Notes: a model not told the origin generated them from the sequence alone. A stretch of 64,000 bases of DNA from a virus (IMGVR_UViG_3300044846_001307:1-64000); one strand, 5' to 3'. Shown: positions 9,214 to 19,389, counted from the stretch's first letter. Numbers and translations are program-made.

Positions 9214-9932
9214 GTATTGTACTTCCAACTAAAAAAGTTAAAGCAGAAAGAACTAATCCTAAGAGACTGATTATTTATTCTAAACCAAAGACTGGTAAGA
9301 CCAGTGCATTTGCAGGATTAGATGATAATCTTATCATAGATTTAGAAAATGGTGCTGATTATGTAGAAGCTCTGAAGATTAAAGTTACTTCTCTTCAGGA
9401 GTTATTAGAAGCAGGTAAAGCTATCAAAGAAGCTGGTAAACCATACAAGTATGTAACAGTAGATACTGTGACTGCATTAGAAGATATGGTTATGCCTCTT
9501 GCAATCAAATTGTATAAACAAACTAGTATGGGTAAGAATTATGATGGAGACAATGTCTTGTCATTACCTAACGGTGCAGGTTATTTATATTTGAGACAAG
9601 CTTTCTTTCAAGTTTTAGATTTTATTGATACTTTAGCTCCCCACATTATTTTATCTGGTCACATTAAGGACAAACAGGTAGATGATAAAGGTGAAATGGT
9701 ATTAGCTGCCAATATTGATTTGACAGGTAAAATCAAATCTTTGATCTGTGCAAATGCAGATGCAATTGGTTATATGTTTAGAAAAGGTAATAAGACTGTT
9801 CTATCATTTAAAACTAGTGAAGAAGTGACTTGTGGTGCAAGACCAGAGCACTTAAGAAATGAAGAAATAGTAGTTTCTGAGATGAATGAAAAAGGTGAAC
9901 TAGAGTTTCACTGGGATAAAATTTATGTGTAA
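9210..9932 (+). CDS. AAA_24 / Sak4-like ATPase (annealing protein)
   Basis: YSKPKTGKTS, IDLENG, VDTVT and ADAIGYM motifs. Confidence 0.8.
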   Translation: MSIVLPTKKVKAERTNPKRLIIYSKPKTGKTSAFAGLDDNLIIDLENGADYVEALKIKVTSLQELLEAGKAIKEAGKPYKYVTVDTVTALEDMVMPLAIKLYKQTSMGKNYDGDNVLSLPNGAGYLYLRQAFFQVLDFIDTLAPHIILSGHIKDKQVDDKGEMVLAANIDLTGKIKSLICANADAIGYMFRKGNKTVLSFKTSEEVTCGARPEHLRNEEIVVSEMNEKGELEFHWDKIYV

Positions 9933-9952
9933 TAATTAAAAAGTAAAATAAA

Positions 9953-10633
9953 ATGGCGTTAAGTACAGATGATTTAGGTAACGGTGGATCCGGTTTACCA
10001 AAGACAATTAGTCCAGGAAACAAAGTGTTGAAAATCAACAATGTTGAATTAGAACAGTTTAAATTTATTGACAATGCATTTCATTTGATATTGCATGTTG
10101 AAACCGAACCTATTGAAGGTTTTGAAGGATTTGCTTTAGATAAAGACAATCCTGACAGAGGTCACTTCAAAGGTCAAATTGGTAGAGTTAAAGCAAGCCA
10201 GTATGCATTTGCAGATGGTGAGACCAAAACTGGTATCAAAATACAAAGAGATAGATCAATTTTAATGTTCTTACAGAATCTTTGTAAAACAATGGGAATC
10301 AATGATTGGATGTCAGCACAACATAACAAGCATGATACTATTGAAGCTTTTGTTGAAGAATTTAATAAAACTGCACCAATTAAAGATAGATATCTTGAAT
10401 TCTGTGTTGCAGGTAAAGAGTATGTTGGTAGAACTGGTTATACCAATTACGATATGTGGTTACCAAAAGCAGAAAGTGGAAAGTATGCATTTGGTGAAGT
10501 TGAAGAAGGTAAAGTTATTAGATATGATGAATCTAAACATTTGAAAAAACTTGAAGTAAACAATGTTGAAAGTTTTGGAGATGATGATTTAAACATGCCA
10601 AACAAACCTTCTACTGATTTCTCTCTAGACTAA
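9953..10633 (+). CDS. putative ssDNA-binding protein
   Basis: follows the Sak4-like gene, beta-rich, acidic/aromatic tail (DDD...DFSLD). Confidence 0.5.
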   Translation: MALSTDDLGNGGSGLPKTISPGNKVLKINNVELEQFKFIDNAFHLILHVETEPIEGFEGFALDKDNPDRGHFKGQIGRVKASQYAFADGETKTGIKIQRDRSILMFLQNLCKTMGINDWMSAQHNKHDTIEAFVEEFNKTAPIKDRYLEFCVAGKEYVGRTGYTNYDMWLPKAESGKYAFGEVEEGKVIRYDESKHLKKLEVNNVESFGDDDLNMPNKPSTDFSLD

Positions 10634-10638
10634 TATAG

Positions 10639-10670
10639 TTAGGGGGAGTCAGTGATTCCCCCTAATTTTT
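10639..10670 (+). terminator. intrinsic terminator
   Basis: TTAGGGGGAGTC-AGT-GATTCCCCCTAA followed by TTTTT. Confidence 0.8.
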
Positions 10671-10682
10671 AAATTTTGGTAT

Positions 10683-11660
10683 ATGATTTCTACACAAACA
10701 ATAATTTCTGATTTAAATGAAGTACCTAGAGAATGGGTATTTGAGTATTATTTAAACCTCACTGAAAGACTTTGTGGTCAAAGTTTAAAAATAAAATCTG
10801 CATTCAATCCTACTGATAAAGTTCCTTCTATGTGTATATACACAGATAACAAAGGATTTTATAAGTTCAAAGATTTCTCATCTGGATTTGGTGGTGATGG
10901 TTTAAATCTAGTTATGCATTTGTATAATCTAGATGGAAGAGGTAAAGCTTCTTTTAAAATCATGGCTGATTATGATGCATACATTTCTAATAACACATAC
11001 GTTCCACTAGATTATGTTCCACAAAGTAAATACACTGTCTCAGATTATGAAATCAGACACTGGAACACTTTAGATCAATCATATTGGAAAGGTTTTAAAT
11101 TAAGTTCTAGTATATTAGAGCATTATAATGTGCATCCTTTAGAGTTTTATAACATGGTTAAGGAAGACGATGGTCAAATTCTTGATACTGTTAATATAAA
11201 AGGTAATTTTATTTATGGCTTCTTTAGGGAAGATGGTAGTTTGTATAAAATATATACACCAAAAGTAAAAGATAACAAGTTTATTAAAGTAAAAGATTAC
11301 ATCCAGGGTTCTGATCAACTTGAGTTTAAATCTAAATATTTGATTATTACTTCTTCTTTAAAAGACTTAATGTGTTTTAAGAAGTTAGGAATAAATGGTA
11401 TTGAAAGTATTGCTCCAGACAGTGAGAACAGTGTTATTCCGGAAAACTTCATGCAACCTCTTCTAAGTAAGTATCAAAAGATACTTGTACTGTTTGATAA
11501 TGATGATCCTGGTCTTAAATCTGCTCAGAGATACAAAGAAAAGTATGGTTTTAATTTTGTAGTACTTGAAATGTCTAAAGATCTTTCTGATTCTGTAAGA
11601 GATCATGGTGTTGAAGCTGTGAGAGATGTATTGTTTCCATTATTAAAACAAGCATTATGA
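10683..11660 (+). CDS. DNA primase (TOPRIM)
   Basis: degenerate N-terminal Zn-ribbon region (DKVPS...FKDFSSG), IITSSLKD, LFDNDDPG and KDLSD motifs. Confidence 0.85.
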   Translation: MISTQTIISDLNEVPREWVFEYYLNLTERLCGQSLKIKSAFNPTDKVPSMCIYTDNKGFYKFKDFSSGFGGDGLNLVMHLYNLDGRGKASFKIMADYDAYISNNTYVPLDYVPQSKYTVSDYEIRHWNTLDQSYWKGFKLSSSILEHYNVHPLEFYNMVKEDDGQILDTVNIKGNFIYGFFREDGSLYKIYTPKVKDNKFIKVKDYIQGSDQLEFKSKYLIITSSLKDLMCFKKLGINGIESIAPDSENSVIPENFMQPLLSKYQKILVLFDNDDPGLKSAQRYKEKYGFNFVVLEMSKDLSDSVRDHGVEAVRDVLFPLLKQAL

Positions 11661-12082
11661 GTTGGATATATAAAGGAAAAGAGTTTGATGAATTGTGTAT
11701 CCCAGAAGGTGCTGTTGGATTTATCTACAATATGACTGCTATTATAGATGGCAAGTCTGTTGCATATATTGGTAAGAAGAACTTCTTTGCTAATATAAAG
11801 AAACCTATGGGTAAGAAAGCTTTGGCTATGTCTACAGACAAAAGGTTAAAGAAATATACCCGGGAGCTTAAACCTGACTTTATGAGATACTATAGTAGTA
11901 ACAAGACTCTTAAAGAAGCTCACAAAGCAGGTGTTGTAATTAAAAGGGAAATTCTAATGATTTGCTACTCAGCAATGGAATTGACTTATCAAGAAGTAAA
12001 GCATCAGTTTAAATATGAGGTGCTTGAAAAAGAAGAATATTTGAATGCCAACATTCTTGGCAGGTTTTACAAAACAAAATAG
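11657..12082 (+). CDS. GIY-YIG endonuclease (T4 EndoII/Seg-like)
   Basis: GFIY...YIGKK...YYSS...REIL...TYQE...LNANILG. Confidence 0.8.
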   Translation: MSWIYKGKEFDELCIPEGAVGFIYNMTAIIDGKSVAYIGKKNFFANIKKPMGKKALAMSTDKRLKKYTRELKPDFMRYYSSNKTLKEAHKAGVVIKREILMICYSAMELTYQEVKHQFKYEVLEKEEYLNANILGRFYKTK

Positions 12083-12084
12083 TT

Positions 12085-12507
12085 ATGACAGAAAATGATA
12101 TGACAGGCCTTCTTTTACAGTTGGCTGACCGTGGTGTGACCGGAATTAGAGTACACTACGCAGGTGGTGGAGACAGTGGTTGTATTGAAGATATTAATTA
12201 TACTACTCAAACTTTAAGTAAAGATGAAGAAGCTGCATTTGAGTATATTTCACTATTATCTACTTATGGACATGAGGCAGCCCCAAATTTAAAAGATCTA
12301 GATAGCGGAATCTATTCTGATATTGAAGACTTTGCTAATGATAGAATTCTTAATGATATTGAGGATTGGTGGAATAATGATGGAGGTTATGGTGTACTGT
12401 GTATTATGGTTCCTTCTGGTAAATATAAAATTGATAACACAATTTATATTACTAATACAGAAGAGTATACACATGAAGGGAGTTTAATTGATGAAGCTTT
12501 AAACTAA
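12085..12507 (+). CDS. DUF6878-like protein
   Basis: YAGGGDSGCIE and WWNNDGGYG motifs. Confidence 0.6.
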   Translation: MTENDMTGLLLQLADRGVTGIRVHYAGGGDSGCIEDINYTTQTLSKDEEAAFEYISLLSTYGHEAAPNLKDLDSGIYSDIEDFANDRILNDIEDWWNNDGGYGVLCIMVPSGKYKIDNTIYITNTEEYTHEGSLIDEALN

Positions 12508-12770
12508 TGGAAGAAAAACACTTTAATGAAGCTAACCATATAAAAGACATGATTGAAAAGCTTCGTACTAGATCTCTTAAACTTAATGAAGCACTATCAG
12601 GAACCATGACAAAAATAACTGTAGATTATTTTAGTGGTGAAGAAAGATTTAGAAGACCTGGAGAAATTTACTTAAATGATGTTGCAGGTATTAAAGATCT
12701 TATGCAAAAAGAATATGCCGAGATAAAGCTTGAGTTAGAGCAATTAACAGAAAAATTTAAAAATCTGTAA
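12507..12770 (+). CDS. hypothetical coiled-coil protein
   Basis: 87 aa, TAATG-coupled to the upstream gene. Confidence 0.7.
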   Translation: MEEKHFNEANHIKDMIEKLRTRSLKLNEALSGTMTKITVDYFSGEERFRRPGEIYLNDVAGIKDLMQKEYAEIKLELEQLTEKFKNL

Positions 12771-12771
12771 C

Positions 12772-13113
12772 ATGTCACATCCATATGAACATAGTAAAAG
12801 CAGTGCCCGTAAATGGGGAGGAGAACCATCAGAATATATGCATATTCATGAATGGTTTGATGCTACAAAAGCCTGGATAGGACATAGTAAACATAGAATG
12901 TTCCGTCACCACAGTGAAGGTATATTTGAATGTGAAGTACATTTTGGTACTTACTTTGTTAATTCTGTAGGAAAAAGAGTGTATATAAGATATGTTGGGG
13001 AACAACATGTCAAAGAAGATTGCAATGGCTATATTCCAAGTGCAAAAGAGTGGGTGGATAATATTAATACACCCACAGAATGGATGATTAAAACACTTAA
13101 AATTGAAGACTAA
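12772..13113 (+). CDS. DUF6915-like His-rich protein
   Basis: HPYEHSKSSARKWGG...IHEWFD...HRMFRHHSEGIF...GEQHVKED. Confidence 0.7.
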   Translation: MSHPYEHSKSSARKWGGEPSEYMHIHEWFDATKAWIGHSKHRMFRHHSEGIFECEVHFGTYFVNSVGKRVYIRYVGEQHVKEDCNGYIPSAKEWVDNINTPTEWMIKTLKIED

Positions 13114-13114
13114 T

Positions 13115-13540
13115 ATGATTTTTGACAAAGAAGAAACGAAGAATTTGTTGAACATGCTACGTTCTACAGATACTGAAAATGCTATCATAGCATTTGAAGC
13201 TCTTAAAGGAGTTGAAATACAAAAATATTTAGGGGAACTAATTGTATTATATAAGTTTGGTAAACAACCTATTAAAGCATGGGATGATAACTGTAATAAT
13301 TGTTCTGTAGCACTTAGAACAGCTTTACATCCTTATACTAAAGAAGATGGTGCTGAGTTAAGCACTGGGTCTTGTTTATCAGCAATGATAAGTAGTAAAG
13401 CAAGTCATCAAGCAGTTGAACTTTTTATGGAGTACTTTACTGTAAATATGATTGGCTTCCTAGGTCAGATGGGTTACCCCGCTGACAAATTTGAAATTAA
13501 TGTAAAACTAAAAGATGATGGACAAACAACAGAGTCTTAG
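13115..13540 (+). CDS. hypothetical protein with MLRSTDTEN motif
   Basis: ATG at 13115, two nt after the upstream stop. Confidence 0.7.
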   Translation: MIFDKEETKNLLNMLRSTDTENAIIAFEALKGVEIQKYLGELIVLYKFGKQPIKAWDDNCNNCSVALRTALHPYTKEDGAELSTGSCLSAMISSKASHQAVELFMEYFTVNMIGFLGQMGYPADKFEINVKLKDDGQTTES

Positions 13541-14828
13541 TAAAACAGCCAAAGATTTAATGTTGAAAGAGCCCTATTACGGGTTCTTTCTTATTATGTT
13601 GAATAAGCTTTGGAATAAAAGAGTACCTACTGCAGGTGTTAGTAAGAATGGAATCAATTATCAGTTAGTGATAAATGAAGAGTTCTGGACAAGTTTAACT
13701 GAATTAGAAAGGTTAGGTTTACTCAAGCATGAATTATTACATATTGCATTTGGACATCTTACTACTGTATTTAAGTTCAGTGATAGAAAGTTAGCAAATG
13801 TGGCTATGGATATGGAAATCAATCAGTATATTGATGCTTCCTGGCTTCCAGGTGGAGAATTATCTTCAGACCAATTTAAACAACTTAAAGAATCTGTTAA
13901 AGCTGAATTAGAAACAGCTAAAGAGAATGGTGCATCTGTTGAAGATCTTCTTGCTATTAGTAAGAAACTTCCTGCAAGAGGTATCATGATTGATGATTAT
14001 GCTGAACTTAATTTAGATAGAAAAGCAGGTGCTAGATACTATTATGATAAACTTAAAGAAGCAAAAGATAAGAAAGACCAGACTGGTACAAGTGGCTCTC
14101 CAAGCTTTGATGATCTTTGTGATCAAATGGATTCTGGTGACGGTGATGGTTTGCCTGACCATGCTACTTGGGATGACTTTGAAGATCTTAGTGAAGCTGA
14201 ACAAAAGTTAATTGATAAACAATTACAAAAAGTTCTATCTGATGCCAAGGAACAGACTGTTAAGAAAAGAGGGACTGTACCTGGTGAAATTGAAGGAGTT
14301 ATTGTAATAGAGGAAATAGTACCACCTAAGTTTGATTGGCGTGGATACATTAGAAGATTCACAGGAATCAGTACTAAAGTCTTTACTAAAAAGATTAGAC
14401 GTAAAGAAAACCGAAGATTTGAAGCTAATCCAGGATTAAAAGTAAAAATGAGACAACATATGTTGTTGGCCATTGATACTTCAGGTTCTGTAAGTGATTC
14501 TGAATTAAAAGAGTTTATGGTAGAAATGCATCATATTTTTAAATGTGGTGTAGATATTACTATTATTCAGTGTGATACAAGAATCAGGTCTGTTGAACCT
14601 TACAAAGGTAAACACGAACTAAGTGTACAAGGAAGAGGAGGAACAGAATTTGATCCTGTCTTAGAGTATTTTAATGAGAATTTAGGTAAATATACTAGTC
14701 TAGTATATTTTACTGATGGAGAATGTAATGCAGATGTAAAACCTAGAGGTAATGTCCTATGGGTTTTGTCAGAAAGATCAAGTATGAATGATAGCCTTCC
14801 AGGAAAGGTAATTAAGTTAGAATTATAA
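13515..14828 (+). CDS. DUF2201-type metallopeptidase-like domain plus VWA domain
   Basis: HELLH, NVAMDMEIN, MIDAS DTSGS, GRGGTEFDP and YFTDG motifs. Confidence 0.88.
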   Translation: MMDKQQSLSKTAKDLMLKEPYYGFFLIMLNKLWNKRVPTAGVSKNGINYQLVINEEFWTSLTELERLGLLKHELLHIAFGHLTTVFKFSDRKLANVAMDMEINQYIDASWLPGGELSSDQFKQLKESVKAELETAKENGASVEDLLAISKKLPARGIMIDDYAELNLDRKAGARYYYDKLKEAKDKKDQTGTSGSPSFDDLCDQMDSGDGDGLPDHATWDDFEDLSEAEQKLIDKQLQKVLSDAKEQTVKKRGTVPGEIEGVIVIEEIVPPKFDWRGYIRRFTGISTKVFTKKIRRKENRRFEANPGLKVKMRQHMLLAIDTSGSVSDSELKEFMVEMHHIFKCGVDITIIQCDTRIRSVEPYKGKHELSVQGRGGTEFDPVLEYFNENLGKYTSLVYFTDGECNADVKPRGNVLWVLSERSSMNDSLPGKVIKLEL

Positions 14829-14839
14829 AAATTAAAGTT

Positions 14840-16009
14840 ATGAGTCAAGTTCAATTAAACGTAGATGAATTAAAAAGTTTTATTAAACACATGGTTGGAA
14901 ATAACCAACACATTCAGTCTGAAGGAAAAGTTCCTGTGGCAATTAATATAGAAGGTGATGCTGGTTTAGGTAAAACTTCTGCTATTATGCAGTTGGGTAA
15001 AGAAATGAACATGCAAGTAGTAAAACTTAATTTATCTCAGTTAGAAGAATTAGGTGATTTAGTAGGTTTTCCTGTGAAAGAATTTCAAATTCAAAATGCT
15101 GAAGGTAAGACTACATGGATTAATGAGTCTCAGATATCTGCAGCAAGTGCAAAAGGTTATAAAGTTGTAGATAAAAGAATGTCACATGCTGCTCCTGAAT
15201 GGATTCAGGGTAAAGGAGAAGGTGGATTCTTAATCTTAGATGATTATACTCGTGCTGATCAAAGATTCATGCAAGCAACTATGGAAATATTAGATAGACA
15301 AGAATATGTTTCTTGGAAGTTACCTAAGAACTGGCATGTTATCTTAACTACTAATCCAGACAACGGTGATTATAATGTCACAAGTCTAGATGTAGCTCAG
15401 AAGACTAGATTTATCTCTGTTGAGTTAAAGTATGATTCTGAAGTATGGGCTAAGTGGGCAGAGAGTGCAAACATTGATGGTAGATGTATTAACTTCATGT
15501 TGATGCACCCGGAATTGGTAACTCAAAGAATTAATCCAAGAGCTATCACTACGTTCTTTAATGCTATCAGTTCTATTCCTAAGTTTGAAAGTGATTTACC
15601 TCTAATTCAGATGATTGGTGAGGGTTCTGTTGGTGTTGACTTTAGTTCTATGTTTACTATGTTTATTAATAACAAGTTGGATAGAATTATTAGTCCTGCA
15701 GATATCTTAACTAAAGATGAAACATATGTATTAGGGTCTTTAACTTCTGCAGTAGGGGAGGAAGGGGATTTCCGTGCTGATATATCTAGTGTAATTGCAA
15801 CCAGAATTATTAATTATTCTCTTGCTTTAGCAGATAAAACAAGCATTGGTAAACCTATTATTGATAGAATTGCTAAATTAACTACAGACTGTAAAGCATT
15901 CACAGATGATTTAAGATATTACATGGTGAAGGAGATAGTTAACGGTAATAAAATTAAGTTCTCACAATTGATGATGAATCAGAACGTGGTGAAGATGGCT
16001 GTAAAGTAA
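14840..16009 (+). CDS. MoxR-like AAA+ ATPase
   Basis: GDAGLGKT, GDLVGFP, LILDDYTRA, TTNP, KTRF and NPRA motifs; adjacent to the VWA gene. Confidence 0.88.
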   Translation: MSQVQLNVDELKSFIKHMVGNNQHIQSEGKVPVAINIEGDAGLGKTSAIMQLGKEMNMQVVKLNLSQLEELGDLVGFPVKEFQIQNAEGKTTWINESQISAASAKGYKVVDKRMSHAAPEWIQGKGEGGFLILDDYTRADQRFMQATMEILDRQEYVSWKLPKNWHVILTTNPDNGDYNVTSLDVAQKTRFISVELKYDSEVWAKWAESANIDGRCINFMLMHPELVTQRINPRAITTFFNAISSIPKFESDLPLIQMIGEGSVGVDFSSMFTMFINNKLDRIISPADILTKDETYVLGSLTSAVGEEGDFRADISSVIATRIINYSLALADKTSIGKPIIDRIAKLTTDCKAFTDDLRYYMVKEIVNGNKIKFSQLMMNQNVVKMAVK

Positions 16010-16066
16010 ATCTAACGTAGAAGGTTTCCACTTTAAAAACCCATTATTTTAATTAAATACAAACAT

Positions 16067-16092
16067 AGGGAGAGGTAATACTCTCCCTTTTT
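16067..16092 (+). terminator. intrinsic terminator
   Basis: AGGGAGAG-GTAATA-CTCTCCCT followed by TTTT. Confidence 0.8.
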
Positions 16093-16098
16093 AATATT

Positions 16099-17463
16099 TT
16101 GAACATGAATATTATAAAAATAACATCAGATATTCCAAGACACAGTGAAAACTATAATCGTCTTCCAGATGCAACATTTGACATTAATATCCTAACAGGA
16201 GGTTTTGATACGGAAGTTATTGATTCATTTAACTTGATTAAAACACCGTATACCCCTAATAAAGGAGATAAAATCTATTTTTTACCCGGTGTAAATGTAC
16301 CTAGAGTAAAATTTAAAAATGTATGTGTAGAACATGGCATTAAAACTATACGAGATGTAGAACAAGCAACTGTTATATTTGCTTCTAAGAAAAGTATAAG
16401 TGATCTTACTACATCTCATTGGGCATACAAATGTAATACTCAGGAGTTCAAAGATTTTATTAAACATTACGAGTCTGATATAGATAATCACGATCTTGAT
16501 AAAATAGAAACTGCATTAGAGTTTTATAATCAAGAGTTTATTGCAGTAGATTATAATCTATTTGATTGGATTGTAAACACAATCCCTGCAACAAATTCTA
16601 GTAGATACAGTGAAAGATTATCTATGATTAAAGATGAGTATGTTGATTTATTTAATTCAATTCAAGGTAAAGAAATTCTTGATGAATCAAGTGTAATCAA
16701 TGTATTGAATGGTGAAGATGCTGCTGAGATTGATAAAAGTATGTTTGAACATCTTTCAGATATGTTTGAGAGTTCAGATACAGATAATCATGTTCTGGCT
16801 ATGGAAATCATGGCCAACTCTAAGTATGTAGAAAGTTTGATTTATTTAGAACTTTTATTCTATAAATACTCTCATAAGATATATGATAGACATACTAAGA
16901 ATCATGTTAATTTTAAATCTTTAATTAGTTATTTAGGTAAAGATAAAAGTTATCTTAATACTGATATTGATGGTATTGCTCATAGTTTAGTTAATAAAGA
17001 TCAGTTTACTACAGATAAATTAGAAATTATCATGGAGTATTTAAGTAATGATATCCAACGCACTGGAGACAGCCAATATTTTACTGTAAAAACTATAACT
17101 GTGCATCCTGATCATATTGCAAAACTAAATTCTAATTATACTTATGAGGTGCAAAAAGATTATATTCCTACAGTAGAGGAAATTGCTGAAGTAGAAGAGT
17201 TACCAGCTTACGAGGGGTCAGAGGGACCGATAGGACCACAAGGACATGCTGATCCAGTAGGAGAACTTGGAGCCCCAGGAGTAGATGGAATTGAATCTGT
17301 AGAGTCTGAATTTGCAGTTGAAGATAACTTTGATATCTCAACTGAAGAAGATGAAGATGACACAGATGTATTAGAGCCAGAACCTATTTCAGAAGTTTCC
17401 GAATCCCAATCAAATAACAATCAAATAGAAACAAATGACACTAATGACTTTGAATGGTTCTGA
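16099..17463 (+). CDS. hypothetical protein with acidic tail and short collagen-like stretch
   Basis: 454-aa ORF (start probably ATG 16105); G-X-Y triplets at 17215-17289. Confidence 0.75.
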   Translation: MNMNIIKITSDIPRHSENYNRLPDATFDINILTGGFDTEVIDSFNLIKTPYTPNKGDKIYFLPGVNVPRVKFKNVCVEHGIKTIRDVEQATVIFASKKSISDLTTSHWAYKCNTQEFKDFIKHYESDIDNHDLDKIETALEFYNQEFIAVDYNLFDWIVNTIPATNSSRYSERLSMIKDEYVDLFNSIQGKEILDESSVINVLNGEDAAEIDKSMFEHLSDMFESSDTDNHVLAMEIMANSKYVESLIYLELLFYKYSHKIYDRHTKNHVNFKSLISYLGKDKSYLNTDIDGIAHSLVNKDQFTTDKLEIIMEYLSNDIQRTGDSQYFTVKTITVHPDHIAKLNSNYTYEVQKDYIPTVEEIAEVEELPAYEGSEGPIGPQGHADPVGELGAPGVDGIESVESEFAVEDNFDISTEEDEDDTDVLEPEPISEVSESQSNNNQIETNDTNDFEWF

Positions 17464-18442
17464 TGAACTTGAGCTTTTCTACAAGAAGAAGTTCTATTTT
17501 AGTTACAGTGGGATCAATAAGCTATTGTTTTCTCCTGTAATGTTTTACAATCATTATGTGCTCAACCAAAGAGAAGACAGTACAGACACGCACCTGGTAT
17601 CAGGTCGTGTCTTACACTGTCTCCTATTGGAGGAGGACAACTTTGATAAACAATTTTTAATATTACCTGGCAAATTACCAACAGAGAGCCAGAAGAAAAT
17701 TATTGACAATATTTTCAAATATCACTTGACATTAGGAAATAATTCCTTAAATTTGTCTGATTACTCTCAGGAAATACTCACACAATTACTTACAGTTAAC
17801 TTATATCAGAATCTCAAGACTGATCAACAAAGAATTGACAAGCTTTTAACTCAGGAGAACCTTGATTATTTTGAATTCCTCAAATCTAGTTTAGATAAAA
17901 CAGTAGTTGATGAGCCTACATTAGCAGCATGTAGAATGTCTGTAGATGTTCTTAGAGCTAATCAGGATGTAAGAGCACTGTTACAATTAGACAAAGATGA
18001 AGATGACAAAACTATTGAGGTTTACAATGAGTTATTTATTAAAGCCGAACCAAGTGAACAAACATTTGGCTTTCATGGAATGCTTGACAATATTGTTATA
18101 GATCACAATACAAAAACTATCTTTATTAATGACTTAAAGACTCTTGGTAAGTCTATACAAGATTTTCCGGATTCTGTGGAGTATTATAGGTATTGGATTC
18201 AAGCCATTATTTATATACAATTAGCAAAGCATTATTTCACAGCATTTGCAGATTATAATTTTCAGATTACATTTATTGTAATTGACAAGTATAATCAAGT
18301 ATATCCTTATCAAGTATCTTCAGAAACACTAACTAAATGGAAATCTGATTTTGATACTGTAATAACCAAAGTTGCTTGGCATTATAATAACAAAAAATAT
18401 GATCTTCCATATGAGTTAGCATTAGGTAATGTAAAACTGTAA
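17435..18442 (+). CDS. PD-(D/E)xK exonuclease (RecE/ExoVIII-like)
   Basis: FSYSGINK, GRVLHC, YNE, GMLDNIVID, NDLKT and YWIQAIIY motifs. Confidence 0.8.
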   Translation: MTLMTLNGSDELELFYKKKFYFSYSGINKLLFSPVMFYNHYVLNQREDSTDTHLVSGRVLHCLLLEEDNFDKQFLILPGKLPTESQKKIIDNIFKYHLTLGNNSLNLSDYSQEILTQLLTVNLYQNLKTDQQRIDKLLTQENLDYFEFLKSSLDKTVVDEPTLAACRMSVDVLRANQDVRALLQLDKDEDDKTIEVYNELFIKAEPSEQTFGFHGMLDNIVIDHNTKTIFINDLKTLGKSIQDFPDSVEYYRYWIQAIIYIQLAKHYFTAFADYNFQITFIVIDKYNQVYPYQVSSETLTKWKSDFDTVITKVAWHYNNKKYDLPYELALGNVKL

Positions 18443-18447
18443 AGATT

Positions 18448-19029
18448 ATGGCTTTAAATTCTGTTTATAAGAAGTATTTTCAAAAATCCAAGGTGTTTTT
18501 ATATCCGCTCCTTGGAATAAAAAGAGGTGTAAGTGTTGTTCCAGTTGAAACTTATTTCAGTTGGGAGGGTTACTATAACTCTGAGGATATGAAATTGATA
18601 TGTGTATATGATATAAGAACAGATGAAGAGTACGTTTTATTTGAGAAAAATACTTTGTTGAAACACAATAGACTTTGTGATTATATAAAAGTAAACTCTC
18701 AAGCTATATTTACATTTGATTTTTCCGACATGGAAGATGATTGGTTCCATTTAATTAATGGAAGATATAGTAAAATACGTTTAGAATTAAAGCAAAAAAT
18801 CCTTGGCTTTTTTGATAAATACAGTGGCAATTATGCATACATACATAGTTATTTGATACCTGAAAAGTATTTTAGTAACTATGCTGAACTTTTAGATGTT
18901 GAGCCTGAGATGTTGATAAAAGTTGGAGAACTATGCAGCAAACCAGATACTGCTAAAGAAACTTTAGTAATTGAAATAGCAGATTTGGATAATATAAATG
19001 AAAAATTGTTAAATTTGTCAAAACCATAA
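18448..19029 (+). CDS. hypothetical protein
   Basis: 193-aa ORF (FLYPLLGI...GRYSK). Confidence 0.75.
   Translation: MALNSVYKKYFQKSKVFLYPLLGIKRGVSVVPVETYFSWEGYYNSEDMKLICVYDIRTDEEYVLFEKNTLLKHNRLCDYIKVNSQAIFTFDFSDMEDDWFHLINGRYSKIRLELKQKILGFFDKYSGNYAYIHSYLIPEKYFSNYAELLDVEPEMLIKVGELCSKPDTAKETLVIEIADLDNINEKLLNLSKP
18984..19017 (+). promoter_or_regulatory. Bacteroidota sigma-70-type promoter
   Basis: TTTG-N22-TAAATTTG, 15 nt upstream of ATG 19033. Confidence 0.55.
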
Positions 19030-19032
19030 GAA

Positions 19033-19389
19033 ATGAATAAATCAATGATGCTTGTACAAGCAACTTGGCAAGAAAGCCAAACTTTTAGAATGATTCCTAC
19101 TAGCACAGACTGTCCATATGTAGAATGTATCTTTGACCCTACTAGTAATGTATTTGTAGTGATCTCTAATATTAAGAAAACAACATTACACATGTTGCCA
19201 AAATTAGATGAATACGGTCAACCTTCTACAGGAAGTAAAGGAATGAAACAAGAAAGACATAAATTGGAAGTTTTTCAAGAATTCTATGTTGAAGATAAAA
19301 AAGCAACAGAAGAATTAATTAAAGGATTTGCAATTAATGCAGATAGTTTTGATTACAAGAAGTTTATGAAAGAAGCTAAAAAAGCATAA
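19033..19389 (+). CDS. hypothetical protein
   Basis: 118-aa ORF between a candidate promoter and a terminator. Confidence 0.75.
   Translation: MNKSMMLVQATWQESQTFRMIPTSTDCPYVECIFDPTSNVFVVISNIKKTTLHMLPKLDEYGQPSTGSKGMKQERHKLEVFQEFYVEDKKATEELIKGFAINADSFDYKKFMKEAKKA

Noticed and set aside
17435-18442. Cas4 assignment for the PD-(D/E)xK nuclease
   Set aside because: It lacks the C-terminal Fe-S cysteine cluster, and its context is recombination/replication.
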